A DNA stretch of 64,000 nucleotides, from assembly GCA_002269645.1 (NCBI GenBank), contig NIVC01003101.1, positions 55,424 through 119,423 of the forward strand, written 5' to 3'. The DNA comes from Macrostomum lignano (lineage: Eukaryota). Of this stretch, positions 1-12,069 are shown one piece after another (positions within the stretch are counted from its first letter, which is position 1; the number at the start of each line of letters is the position of its first letter). The notes below the pieces were generated by a model, which made no database searches, was not told the origin of the DNA, and saw only the letters and a list, made by a program, of their open reading frames with translations. Both the position numbers and the translations under genes were made by a program.

Positions 1-2
1 GC

Positions 3-161
3 AGATCCCCGCCGCCAGTTCGTGACGGTCGCGCCCTGAACCGATGGCTGTGTGATCAGCACAATCTGGTCAATGAGCGCCTGGGCAAGCCGAAATTCGA
101 TTGCGGCAAAGTGCTCGACAGATGGAGATACGGATGGCCCGATGGGTCCTGCGACTATTGA
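3..161 (+). CDS. GFER: FAD-linked sulfhydryl oxidase ALR/Erv1, C-terminal end (gene starts upstream of the window)
   Basis: Frame 3 reads RSPPPVRDGRALNRWLCDQHNLVNERLGKPKFDCGKVLDRWRYGWPDGSCDY*, matching the ALR motif WLCxxHNxVNxxLGKPxFDCxxVxxRWRxGWxDGSCD. Too short for the ORF track. Confidence 0.92.
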   Translation, partial: RSPPPVRDGRALNRWLCDQHNLVNERLGKPKFDCGKVLDRWRYGWPDGSCDY

Positions 162-169
162 TTGAGTGC

Positions 170-360
170 TCAGAGATGCTGGGACTGCTCAGAGTAATGG
201 TTGATTAGTCAAGATGCTGGGACTGCTCAGACTGTCATGGTTGATTACTCAAGATGCTGGGACTGCTCAGAATGAGGGACTGCTCAGGATGTTGTTGATG
301 CTCAGAATGAGGGACTGCTCAGGATGTTGTTGATGCTCAGAATGAGGGACTGATCAAAAT
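170..360. repeat. Short imperfect tandem repeats downstream of GFER
   Basis: Recurrent gatgctgggactgctcag and aatgagggactgctcaggatgttgttgatgctcag units. Confidence 0.7.
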
Positions 361-720
361 GCCGACAGTTCTGTAGCCTTGCTGTACTTTCACTTGCTTT
401 CGTGTTTGCAATGCAGAAGTGCAACAAATGTTAAATCAATTTGGTGGCCGCTTCAACTTATAAATTAGCCAAATTTAGCTAAAAGCATTTTTGTCCGACT
501 TAACATGTGTACTGCTTCATTATAGTTTTATTCTTTTGCACAAAATTCTACTTGTTGGCTTGTTTTACCTGCATTGTTCGTTGGCTGCTCCAAAGATAGC
601 GAATTTTTAATTGATATAGCAAATTTCACCAAAGTTGGTGTAGATTTTTTATGGTGTGCTTTTGTATTTTGCATTAATTTCCGTCAAAATTATGCTTTAT
701 ATAGGTTTTGTAATGTTTGA

Positions 721-822
721 TCCCAGTCCCCTAATTACCCACCCAGTCCCCTAATTACCTATCCCAGTCCCCTAATTACCCATCCCAGTCCTTTAATTAC
801 CCACCTACTCCACTAATTACCC
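721..822. repeat. ~20-bp minisatellite
   Basis: About 5 copies of cccagtcccctaattaccca. Confidence 0.8.
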
Positions 823-1302
823 TTTCAACTTTACCAATGAAGATCGAGCTTTCTGTAAACGAAACAAAAATGTTCTGCGAACCGCCATCTTAAAAGCTTT
901 GAGCAGTTTTGCTCGTTGCCTTAAAAGTGCTAAGGACTCATTAAGTAAACATAGAGCTCTTTCTAAGGCAAAATAAGAGTGGCATTGCCTGCATGGCCTT
1001 TCCTGCAGTACCAATGGAAATTGCGCGGAATCAGCTTAGGCTCATAGCAACTACTTATTCCAGAACATAATTTTAAGGAGAATTCTCTGCTCTTAAAGAA
1101 GCAGGGTTATGCACAAAATTCCAAAAATAGTTTCACCTGAAATTCGTAAAAAGTTGAAGAGATTAGCTGCCTCATTATCCCATACTCTAGTCACTGAGTT
1201 GATCTAGCAGAAAAAACTCAGAACTGTACCCTGGAGAGTTCTCAAGCCAACTTCATGCTCCCCATATACTACTTGCAGCTAAGCCTCCCGGCTCGCAAAG
1301 TC

Positions 1303-2404
1303 ATGTCAATCTGCCGCATCGCCCGCCTGCTGCAGCTCCGGCCGCCGGTCCCCGCCGGCGCCATCTTCACCGCCTCCCGGCGCGCCCTCTCCGGCGACGA
1401 GTGGGGCCGCGGCGCCGGCAAAGGTGGCGGCGCCGGCGGCAGCATCCGCGAGGCCGGCGGCACGTTTGGAAAAATGGAGGCCGCCCGAGAGGAGGAGTAC
1501 TTCCGCCGGCTGCAGAATGAGCAGCTGTCCAAGCTTAAGGAGCACTTGGAGGACGAGGTGACCGCCAGGAACAGCCTTGGGCTTCTGGGATCGCCCAGTC
1601 TCCCCGCGCGTGGAATCGTTGCTACTTAGTTGCGTTGCTGGGTCAGCCTCCCAGATCCTCAGCTGCCTGGCCTCCCAGATCCTCAGATGCTGGGCCAGCC
1701 TCCCAGATCCTCAGATTCTGGGCCGGCCTCCCAGATCTTCAGCTGCCTGGCCTCCCAGATCCTCAGTTGCCTGGCCTCCCAGATCCTCAGTTGCCTGGCC
1801 TCCCAAATCCTCAGTTGCCTGGCCTCCCAGATCCTCAGTTGCTGGGCCTCCCAGATCCTCAGTTGCTGGGCCGCCCTCCCAGATCCCCAGTTGCTGGGCC
1901 GCCTTCCCAGATCCTCAATTGCTGGGCCAGCCTCCCGGATCCTCAGTTGCCTTGCCTCCCAGATCCTCAGTTGCTGGGCCTCCCAGATCCTCAGTTGCTG
2001 GGCCTCCCAGATCCTCAGTTACTGGGCCTCCCAGATCCCCAGTTGCTGGGCCGCCCTCCCAGATCCCCAGTTGCTGGGCCGCCTTCCCAGATCCTCAATT
2101 GCTGGGCCAGCCTCCCGGATCCTCAGTTGCCTTGCCTCCCAGATCCTCAGTTGCTGGGCCTCCCAGATCCCCAGTTGCTGGGCCGCCCTCCCAGATCATC
2201 AGTTGCCTGGCCTCCCAGATCCTCAGTTGCTGAGCCAGCATCCCATATCCTCAAACTCATGAGCAGCACTCACCACCCACCCCATGCCAGGTGGACCATC
2301 ACGAGAATGAGATTGTCCGCCACCTGGAGGCCATCCAGCGGCACAAGTCTCGCATGCAGGACCTGAGCCAGAAGGAGCAAGAGGGCAAGAAGAAGGATGA
2401 TTGA
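1303..2404 (+). CDS. ATP5IF1: Mitochondrial ATPase inhibitor IF1, two exons: join(1303..1557,2291..2404)
   Basis: [39 protein letters not shown] signature. Donor GAG|gtgacc at 1558, acceptor ccag|GTG at 2290, phase 0. Exon 2 reads [25 protein letters not shown], the His-rich coiled coil. Arg-rich presequence. Confidence 0.93.
1634..2230. repeat. Intronic minisatellite in ATP5IF1 (~21-25 bp unit)
   Basis: Tandem cctcccagatcctcagttgc(c)tgg(gc) units. These generate the repetitive ORFs 1577-2366. Confidence 0.93.
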
Positions 2405-2984
2405 AATTGAAAATCGCGTTCGTGTGTAGTTGTTGGATTTCTGCTTCGAAGAAAAATATGAGAACCTTAAAAAATTGTTGGTAGCGCAGTAGTTTCTCCC
2501 CCATTTGTTGATTCTTGTGCGTTCATTTAGTGACCCCAGCCCCGTAATACTTGGCTTCGATTAGTAAAATAACACATGTGTTGCGAGTTAACCCCGGTTG
2601 TCAAGTTATTCAGCTATCTAAACTGCTATCTATGTATGCTAACACAACAATAGTTTAGTCATGCTAGTGCAGTGTACATCTCGCATTGGAATCATCTTTA
2701 CAGCGGCCAAGACCGACTCCCAGGTGTTAGCCGGCAGTGCCTCCCTGATTCATTTGATCTACTAATAGTAGTTTAATAGGAGCGTAAAATGCGTCATATT
2801 GTCCTATTCCCAGTGCGCTAAATATATGCACACAGGCTATCAACAGACAACAGTGTAGCCAGATCTGACTTTCCTTCCGTCTACTTTCATCTGTGCGTTC
2901 AAAAATTTGTCCTATCGTTTTTTATTTGTTTTATTAAGTCATCTCAGAACCTTGATGGTCCCAAGATGTATGGAATCGACTTTC

Positions 2985-4110
2985 AGATTCCATAGCCTCC
3001 ATCCCAGAGTGTGAGATCCCATAGCCTCCATCCCAGAGTGAGAGATCCCATAGCTTCCATCCCAGAGTGTGAGATCCCATAGCTTCCACCCCCATAGCTT
3101 CCATCCCAGTGTGAGATCCCATAGCCTTCATCCTAGAGTGAGAGATCTCATAGCTTTCATCCCAGAGTGTGAGATCTCATAGCTTCCATCCCAGAGTGTG
3201 AGATCCCATAGCTTTCATCCCAGAGTGTGAGATCTCATAGCTTCCATCCCAGAGTGTGAGATCCCATAGCTTCCACCCCCATAGCTTCCATCCCAGAGTG
3301 AGAGATCCCATAGCTTCCACCCCATAGCTTCCATCCCAGTGTGAGATCCCATAGCCTTCATCCTAAAGTGAGAGATCTCATAGCTTTCATCCCAGAGTGT
3401 GAGATCTCATAGCTTCCATCCCAGAGTGTGAGATCCCATAGCTTCCACCCCCATAGCTTCCATCCCAGTGTGAGATCCCATAGCCTTCATCCTAGAGTGA
3501 GAGATCTCATAGCTTCCATCCCAGAGTGAGAGATCCCATAGCTTCCACCCCCATAGCTTCCATCCCAGTGTGAGATCCCATAGCCTTCATCCTAGAGTGA
3601 GAGATCTCATAGCTTTCATCCCAGAGTGTGAGATCTCATAGCTTCCACCCCCATAGCTTCCATCCCAGAGTGAGAGATCCCATAGCTTCCACCCCATAGC
3701 TTCCATCCCAGTGTGAGATCCCATAGCCTTCATCCTAGAGTGAGAGATCTCATAGCTTTCATCCCAGAGTGTGAGATCTCATAGCTTCCATCCCAGAGTG
3801 TGAGATCCCATAGCTTCCACCCCATAGCTTCCATCCCAGTGTGAGATCCCATAGCCTTCATCCTAGAGTGAGAGATCTCATAGCTTCCATCCCAGAGTGA
3901 GAGATCCCATAGCTTCCACCCCCATAGCTTCCATCCCAGTGTGAGATCCCATAGCCTTCATCCTAGAGTGAGAGATCTCATAGCTTTCATCCCAGAGTGT
4001 GAGATCTCATAGCTTCCATCCCATAGTGATATCCCATAGCTCCCATCCCATAGTTATATCCCATAGCTTCCATCCCATAGTGATATCCCACAGCTTCCAT
4101 CCCATAGTGA
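2985..4110. repeat. ~29-bp minisatellite with 15-bp subunits
   Basis: Tandem atcccatagcttccatcccagagtgtgag with interspersed catagcttccacccc variants. Confidence 0.95.
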
Positions 4111-4245
4111 AATCCCACAAACTTTGCTCCTAAAAGTATCTGCGAAACCCTTAAAAAAGTGCGAGATGAGTTTTAACCCCAGAGTGTAGGGTTTTTGCAC
4201 GAAGAGAGTCTCTCAGTAGGCATCGAACTCGCGACCGCACCGCAG

Positions 4246-5004
4246 CAGCCGGACAAGCGCATATTCGTGTACCCGGGCGAGGCCCAGCTGGTACCGGCCC
4301 TGGCCGACCTGGTTGCCTCGGTGATCGGCGACTGTCTGGACAGGCGCGGCCGCTGCACCGTCGGGCTGTCGGGCGGCAGCCTGGTGGACTTCCTGACTCG
4401 CGGCCTCGCCAAGTCGGCCATCGACTGGCGCCGGGTGACGCTGTTCTACTGCGACGAGCGGCTCGTCCCCCTGGACGATCCCGAGCGGACGCACGCCCAG
4501 TTCGCCAAGTCCCTGCTGGCGCCAGGCACCGGCGCCTCCGCCGCCCGCGTCCTCGTTGTCGACGCCAGCCTGGCACCCGAGGCGGCCGCCAAGGACTACG
4601 AGGAGCAGCTCCGGGCCGCTGGCATCCTGGACGACGGGCCGGACCTCATGCTGCTGGGGCTCGGGCCCGACGGCCACACCTGCTCCCTGTTCCCCGACCA
4701 CATCGCCCTCAGCGAGCAGCGGCCCGGCGTTGCCGCGGTGCTCGACTCGCCGAAGCCGCCGCCAGCCCGAGTCACTTGCACTCTGCCGCTCATCAACCGG
4801 TCCGGCGCCGTTATCTTCGCGCTGACCGGCCGGGGCAAAGCAGCCGCCGTTGCCCGCCTGCTTGGCAAGGCGGACAGCGCGGACGGTGACGGCTGCCCGC
4901 TGCCGCCGAGCACCCGGGCGCCAGCCTCGCTGGTCCGGCCGTCCAGAGGCAGGCTGTTCTTCCTGCTGGACTCGGAGGCTGCGGCCGAGTACTCGGCTGA
5001 GTGA
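4246..5004 (+). CDS. PGLS: 6-phosphogluconolactonase, single coding exon; start codon not evident (open frame from 4177, no in-frame ATG before the homologous region)
   Basis: Motifs GLSGGS, DWRRVTLFYCDERLVP, DLMLLGLGPDGHTCSLFP, DSPKPPPARVTCTLPLIN and GRGKAAAV. In-frame TAA at 4174. In-frame acceptors ccgcag|cag at 4245 and 4248. Confidence 0.92.
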   Translation, partial: QPDKRIFVYPGEAQLVPALADLVASVIGDCLDRRGRCTVGLSGGSLVDFLTRGLAKSAIDWRRVTLFYCDERLVPLDDPERTHAQFAKSLLAPGTGASAARVLVVDASLAPEAAAKDYEEQLRAAGILDDGPDLMLLGLGPDGHTCSLFPDHIALSEQRPGVAAVLDSPKPPPARVTCTLPLINRSGAVIFALTGRGKAAAVARLLGKADSADGDGCPLPPSTRAPASLVRPSRGRLFFLLDSEAAAEYSAE

Positions 5005-5099
5005 TCACCAAAACTATTCCGGATTTTATGCACTTTCTTTCTAGCGATTAACCCAGCCTTTTTCACGGGTCACCGAGTGGACTCGAGTGACCCAAATCT

Positions 5100-5360
5100 C
5101 CTGTGTCCCCTTGGTTAGCATCCATCTTCTGTGTCCGGCATTGACCATCTCCTGTGTCCGGGATTGACCTCCATATCCTGTGTCCGGGATTGACCTCCAT
5201 CTCCCTTGTCCGGGATTGACCTCCATCTCCCTTGTCCGGGATTGACCTCCATCTCCCTTGTCCGGGATTGACCTCCATCTCCCTTGTCTGGGATTGACCT
5301 CCATCTCCCTTGTCCGGGATTGACCTACATCTCCCATGTCCGGGATTGATCTCCCTCTCC
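5100..5360. repeat. 25-bp minisatellite
   Basis: Tandem ccatctcccttgtccgggattgacct. Confidence 0.9.
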
Positions 5361-5944
5361 TGTGTCCTTATTTGACCCCATCTCGTGATCTTGAAAAAAA
5401 CTATGCCTTCAGTTTCTTCGAGTGACTCCGTCTCGTGAGTTATCGAGTAGCCCAGTCTTTCCTGTCCTTGACTGATGTCCTGAAGTGAGCCCACTGATCC
5501 CTTGTCCTCGTTTGAACCCATCCCTGTGCCCTAACGAGATCTTGTGCATTAAATAGGCCTTTGCTTTTATTTCTGAGCCCCACTCGGCCCGGATCACCGC
5601 GCCAGATGCGCTATAATAAACCGTATTGTTTATCACTCTCTGCCCCAGCGGTTTTGGCGTCACTGTTTGTTTCAATTTCCAATTTAATTCGTGACTACTC
5701 GTAGAAGCGCGCCTGCTGAGTGCTTCTCAGCTTGAAGTAGCCTAAGAACTTTTTTAATAGGATATTTTTGTAGGCTGCATTTTGTCTGTTTTGCGGTTCG
5801 TTTTTAGCTGTTGTTCGTTTATTTATTATTCGAATCCTGTGTTTCTCTGGCCTTTAATTGATTCAAACCCCGGTTTAGAAATTGACTTCTGCTACGCTCG
5901 TACGTTGACCTTCGTTCCCGTGAAATAGTCCTAGCAATTGCCCT

Positions 5945-6735
5945 GGGAATCGCATCAAAATCGCCCTGAGAATCGCCCTGAGAATCGCCCAGAGAATCGC
6001 CCCGAGAATCACCCCGAGAATCGCCCTAATAATATCCTTGAGAATTGCCCTGAGAATCGCCCCGAGAATCGCCCTGAGAATCGCCCTAATAATATCCTTG
6101 AGAATCGCCTTGAGAATCGCCCCGAGAATCACCCCGAGAATCGCCCTGAGAATCGCCCCGAGAATTGCCCTGAGAATCGCCCTGATAATATCCTTGAGAA
6201 TCACCCCGAGAATCGCCCCGAGAATCGCCCTGATAATCGCCCCGAGAATCGCCCTGAGAATCGCCCTGATAATATCCTTGAGAATCACCCCGAGAATCGC
6301 CCCGAGAATCACCCCGAGAATCGCCCTGAGAATCGCCCTAATAATATCCTTGAGAATTGCCCTGAGAATCGCCTCGAGAATCGCCCTGAGAATCGCCCTA
6401 ATAATATCCTTGAGAATTGCCCTGAGAATCGCCCTGAGAATCGCCCTGATAATATCCTTGAGAATCGCCCTAATAATATCCTTGAGAATTGCCCTGAGAA
6501 TCGCCTCGAGAATCGCCCTGATAATATCCTTGAGAATCGCCCTAATAATATCCTTGAGAATTGCCCTGAGAATCGCCTCGAGAATCGCCCTGAGAATCGC
6601 CCTAATAATATCCTTGAGAATTGCCCTGAGAATCGCCCTGAGAATCGCCCTGATAATATCCTTGAGAATCGCCCTGAGAATCGCCCTGATAATATCCTTG
6701 AGAATCGCCCCGAGAATCAACCCCAGAATCGCCCT
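5945..6735. repeat. 12-bp minisatellite
   Basis: gagaatcgccct/ccc units with recurring aataatatcctt variant. Confidence 0.95.
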
Positions 6736-7214
6736 GGTTGAAGTATTTTATGGAATTATTAAGTGTTGACGTTTTAAGCTGCTGTCTCGAATTCGCATAC
6801 AATTATTTATTATTATTTATTGTATTTAATTGATTTTCGCTACTTAATTTATCAATCTATTCAACCTTTTCCGCTAACGTCAGTAGTATATCTATAATAT
6901 AATATAAGCGTATATAAAGCTATACTTTAATTTTTGTTCTGACTTTCGCAATTGATTTATAAATGTGTCTGCCATTTAGCCATAATATTAATGCTAAATT
7001 ACCAGCTAATCTTGCGCGTCTGTTTATTATGTATCAAATTTATTGCTTTAGCAGGCGGTTAAAAATCGATTTTACGAATGTGTGTCACGCGTTCCGTGTC
7101 TGCATTTAAACAGAGTTTCACCTCCAACCAATAAACTCTCCATCTGTCACCCAGACTAGCCAGGAACAAGCCAGACTCTTCTGATTTAGCGTTCAGTTTG
7201 CCCCTCTCTAATTG

Positions 7215-7830
7215 CTGTCTGTCTTTGTGTCCGTGTCTTTGTCTGTATGTCTGTGCGTCTTTGTGTCAGTGTCTTTGTGTCCGTGTTTCTTTGTCTGTGC
7301 GTCTTTGTGTCAGTGTCTTTGTGTCCGTGTTTCTTTGTCTGTGCGTCTTTGTGTCCGTGTGTCTTTGTCTATGCGTCGTCTTTGTGTCCGTGTTTCTTTG
7401 TCTGTGCGTCTTTGTGTCCGTGTGTCTTTGTCTATGCGTCGTCTTTGTGTCCGTGTGTCTTTGTCTGTGCGTCTTTGTGTCCGTGTGTCTTTGTCTATGC
7501 GTCGTCTTTGTGTCCGTGTGTCTTTGTCTGTGTGTCTTTGTGTCCGTGTGTCTTTGTCTATGCGTCGTCTTTGTGTCCGTGTGTCTTTGTCTGTGTGTCT
7601 TTGTGTCCGTGTGTCTTTGTCTATGCGTCTTTTTTGTGTCCGTGTGTCTTTGTGTGTCTTTGTGTCCGTGTGTCTTTGTGTGTCTTTGTGTCCGTGTGTC
7701 TTTGTCTATGCGTCGTCTTTGTGTCCGTGTGTCTTTGTCAGTGTTTTTTGTGTCCGCGCGTCTTTGTGTGTCTTTGTGTCCATGCGTCGTCTTTGTGTCC
7801 TTGTGTCTGTGTCTTTGTCCGCGTCCAGCT
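7215..7830. repeat. GT-rich minisatellite
   Basis: Tandem gtgtctttgtgtcc and gtctttgtctatgcgtc units. Confidence 0.93.
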
Positions 7831-8255
7831 TTTAATTTGGCAAGCACCATTAGCCAGCTAAAACTGCAGCAAAATTGGTTTGCCTTTTTGACTTTCAATT
7901 CTTTGTTCGTCTGTTCGACATGAAAACTGACTGAAAATCTGCTTCTGAAGCCGGCTTCTAGCAGCTCTTATTTGTCCCTTCTCGATTACCAGAGTAGCGA
8001 GTGAGAGGTAGAGGGCGGTTTTTAGACATAACCAGCCGCCCTATGATTTGAGATATAATTGTCCTATGATTTGGATTTGAAATCGCCCTATGATTCGGGA
8101 TTTGGAATGGCCCAGTGCTTAAAGAGCCAAACAGTGATGCTGATGCGATTGAAACTATTTTTCTTCAAATTCCCAGTCTCGAAACAAGCTAGAAATATAT
8201 TTGAGCGCAGCTGGTAAACAGTTCTAGTCAGCTGTAATTAAGGCGCAACTAAGCC

Positions 8256-11200
8256 TTAGCCAACTGTCCGTGCTGGCAGCAGCAGGTAAATCCCCAGCAC
8301 CAGCAGCCCGGAGGTGGCCAGCGAAGCTCCGATCAGCATGAAGGTGGCGTTGTAGCTGCCTGTCTTGTCGAACACCGCGCCTGCAGTTGGGGGGATGACA
8401 ATTCCCCGTGCTAGTCAAGTTTTGCACAAAAGTCCGCACTCATTGTGGACCAATCAGAAATCAGTGTGCACTCTTTGTGGACCAATCAGAAACCAGTGTG
8501 CACTCATTGTGGACCAATCAGAAATCAGTGTGCACTCTTTGTGGACCAATCAGAAACCAGTGTGCACTCATTGTGGACCAATCAGAAATCAGTGTGCACT
8601 CATTGTGGACCAATCAGAAATCAGTGTGCACTCATTGTGGACCAATCAGAAACCAGTGTGCACTCATTGTGGACCAATCAGAAATCAGTGTGCACTCATT
8701 GTGGACCAATCAGAAACCAGTGTGCACTCATTGTGGACCAATCAGAAATCAGTGCACACCCAGTGGACCAATCAGAAATCAGTATACACTCAATAGTGGA
8801 CCAATCAGAAATCAGTGTGCACTCATTGTGGACCAATCAGGAATCAGTGTGCACTCATTGTGGACCAATCAGAAATCAGTCGCACTCATTGTGGACCAAT
8901 CAGAAATCAGTATACACTCAATAGTGGACCAATCAGAAATCAGTCGCACTCATTGTGGACCAATCATATATCAGTATACACTCAATAGTGGACCAATCAG
9001 ATATCAGTATAAACTCAATAGTGGACCAATCAGATATCAGTATACACTCATAGTGGATAAGTGGACCAATCAGAAATCAGTCGCACTCATTGTGGACCAA
9101 TCAAATTAGTGTACACTCACAGTGGACCAATCAGCGATCAGCGCGTATATATGACACTCACCGGCCAAAGGTGGACCAAGCAGAACGCCGAACCCTTGGA
9201 AAATTGATTGGCGAGCAAATACATAAAACAAGCGTCTTGTTCCATCCAGATAAACTGTAATCAGCGTTGTCAAGGAGACCGCTCCGCCTGTTGAATGCGG
9301 GCTAAAATTTATTACTAGCTTATGCTTGGCATACTACTCACTACATATGCATGAAGTAGTCTGTTAAAAATCCAAAACTAGGCACCCAGACCTACACCGC
9401 TCACCAACAAAGCACCAGGCGGCGCCCAAGCAGGCTGCCAGAGCTGCGAAGCCCTTCGCTGCCAGGCTGGCACCGACCAGGCAGCCGCCGGCCAGCAGCG
9501 CCAGCCCGTAGATGGCCAGCGGCGATGCCAGGCCGCGGTCGCCGAGGCAGCCGAAGCCGAGCCGGCCGGCCATGCTGCAGGCGGACAGGACGGCCAGCAG
9601 GGCGGCGGCGCGGCCCTGGCCGAAGCCGAGGTGAAGGCAGCGGTCGGCCGTGTAGGCGAAGAAGGCTGGCGCCGCCGAGGCCAGCAGGAATCGGGACGCG
9701 TGGAAGGCCAGCAAGGCGGGGTTTCGGCATCGGCGAAGTTGCCGACAGACGGTGGTAGCGGCCGCTGCTGCCGCGGCTCCGACGTTGTGCTCTGCGCTGG
9801 GCGGCAGGCAGGTGGTGAAGGGCAGCGCGGGCAGGCAGGGCAAGGGGCCGAGCAGCGAGTCGGCCAGCCAGCCAGCGGATGAGGCGCTGCCTGGATTGGC
9901 GCCGCTCGTGGCCGCTGCAGTCACCGCAGCGTCGGCTGCTTCGGCTGGGTTATGCCTGGAAATTGGTGAGTCCCCGTTGAGCACGCGGCTCTCGCTGGTC
10001 GAAGTCTTCGGCTGCTCCGGCGACTGGTCGGCCTGCTGCTCCGGCTGCGGCTGCAGGGGCCGCATGAGCAGGCAGCAGGGCACCGTGTGCAGGTAGATGG
10101 CGCTTGACAGCAGCAGGGTGCCCTGCCACCCGTACCTGTTAATCAGGTGCGCCACTAGGGGGCTCAGAGCGAGACCGCCTGCGTTGATCGACAAGTTTGA
10201 ACTGTTTTTGGTTGCTAAATGGGTTTTATGGCTTTGGTTATACTACATGTAGCTTTGACCTTTTTAGCTTTTTCATTTAACAAATGTCCCGTAATTATTA
10301 ATAAAATTTCGCTAGAGGGAATTTTGCGATCATGAATCACTCCAGTCTACTCGTATTTTATGGCATCAGTGTGTTATAGTAAGCATGAGCTCAGACACCA
10401 AACACATTGCAACCACATGCATGTAGCAGCCACAGGCATAGCAGCCACATGCATAGCAAACACATGCATAACAACCACACGCATAGCAACCACACCCATA
10501 GCAACCACAGGCATAGCAACCACACGCAAGCAACCACACCCATAGCAACCACAGCCATAGCAACCACAGCCATAGCAACCACACTCAAGCAACCACACTG
10601 ATTAGAACCACACGCATAAACAACACCCATAGCAACCACACACATAGCAACCGTACGCCTAGCAACCAGACCCATAGCAACCACAGCCTTAGCAACCATA
10701 CGCATAGCAACCACACCCATAGCAACCACACCCATGGCAACCACACCCATAGCAACCACACCCATGGCAACCACACCCATGGCAACCACACCCATAGCAA
10801 CCACACGCATACAAACCATATAATTAAAGCCACTTGGAGCGCAATTACGAGTATTTGCAATAGAAATTCATTCCACCAATCCAGCAGCTCACCGAGTCCC
10901 GAGCCGCACAGGGCGATGCCGCTTGCTGTGGCCCGCAGCCGGTCAAAGTACGTGCAAATTGTGACCATGCAGATGAGGAAGCAGGTGCCAACGCCGGGAC
11001 CTGAGTGTCAAAATACGAAATATCGATCTAAATGTTTTTCTGCGGCAGACAACTGTCACTAATAAAAAAGCGTCTAAACTGACCGGTTACCATGCCAACC
11101 GTGAGGAACAGGTGCCAGGTCTGGCTGGCGAAGGAGGCGGCGAAGAAGCCCAAGAAGGTCAGACAGCCGGCAGCTGCGCCAACGAGCCGAACGTCTACGA

Positions 11201-11735
11201 GTCGGCAGACCAAGGCGGAGAGCGGGCCTGGAGTGCGAGTGATGTGCGATTGGGGTGCGAGTGATGTGCGATTGAAGTGCGAGTGGTGTGCGATTGGGGT
11301 GGCGAGTGGTGTGCGATTGGGGTGGCGAGTGATGTGCGATTGGGGTGCGAGTGATGTGCGATTGGGGTGGCGAGTGGTGTGCGATTGGGATGCGAGTGAT
11401 GTGCGATTGGGGTGGCGAGTGACGTGCGGTTGTGGTGCATATAATAAGAAGATGACGGTAGTGCAAGATGAGTCACTGGGAATCGCGCATGTTCATCAGC
11501 AGCCCGGTCGCTCACACACGAAGAACATGCAGGCGCACTTCAGCGACACGATCCAGCCGATGCTCTGCCTGCTGGCACCCAGCTGCTGGATGATCTCCGC
11601 CGACACCAGGCCGAACGAGTTCTCGATGCCTTCGCAGACGAAGTACACCGAGAAGGCGCCGGCCAGCACCAGCCAGCTCCAGCCGCCGTCGGGCGCCGGG
11701 ACGCGCCGGGCCATTGGACAGCGCGGTGATTCCAT
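8256..11735 (-). CDS. Monocarboxylate transporter (SLC16/MCT family, MFS), six exons: complement(join(8256..8380,9162..9287,9405..10178,10893..11000,11084..11227,11516..11735))
   Basis: PAPDGGWSWLV N-terminal motif, YFDRLRATASGIALCGSG, YGWQGTLLL, GRLGFGCLGD, LLGPPLAG and DKTGSY. All five introns are GT-AG with consistent phase 1. Confidence 0.92.
8435..9135. repeat. 32-bp minisatellite filling MCT intron 5
   Basis: Tandem gtggaccaatcagaaa(t/c)cagtgtgcactcatt. Confidence 0.95.
10400..10815. repeat. 15-bp minisatellite in MCT intron 3
   Basis: Tandem catagcaaccacacc. Confidence 0.9.
11231..11430. repeat. Minisatellite in MCT intron 1 abutting the acceptor
   Basis: Tandem gcgagtgatgtgcgattggggtg running up to the CAG acceptor at 11228-11230 (minus strand). 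Confidence 0.85.
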
Positions 11736-12069
11736 TATAACTGATGGGGAGTCGCAGCTGGCGACTCGAACTCGCGGAATCCGCAACCCGAATTGGCAGA
11801 TGCCGCAACCGACTGTATTGACTACTCAGGTTTAATCTCTAATCTGTATATTCACCAGCTGCTAAGCAAGTATATAATTTTGCATGCGGTTCGCCTCAAA
11901 CTTCTTCATTTTTGCGTTCTGGTCATAGACAGTTCGGCAAATGGCAGATTTGGTATCTGTGAAGACGCGCTACTGGGAAGCTGCCGGCTTAAGGATGTGT
12001 ATACAGGTATAATATTCCTCTTGGGCTCTTGACTTTAACTTTGCAGCGAGGAGGCGGCGGAGACCGCCC

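Noticed and set aside
1577-7923. Long repetitive ORFs (PPRSS, ENRP, VCLC, HTDTK and similar)
   Set aside because: They are translations of minisatellites, open in several frames and on both strands; the ATP5IF1 one lies inside a GT-AG intron.
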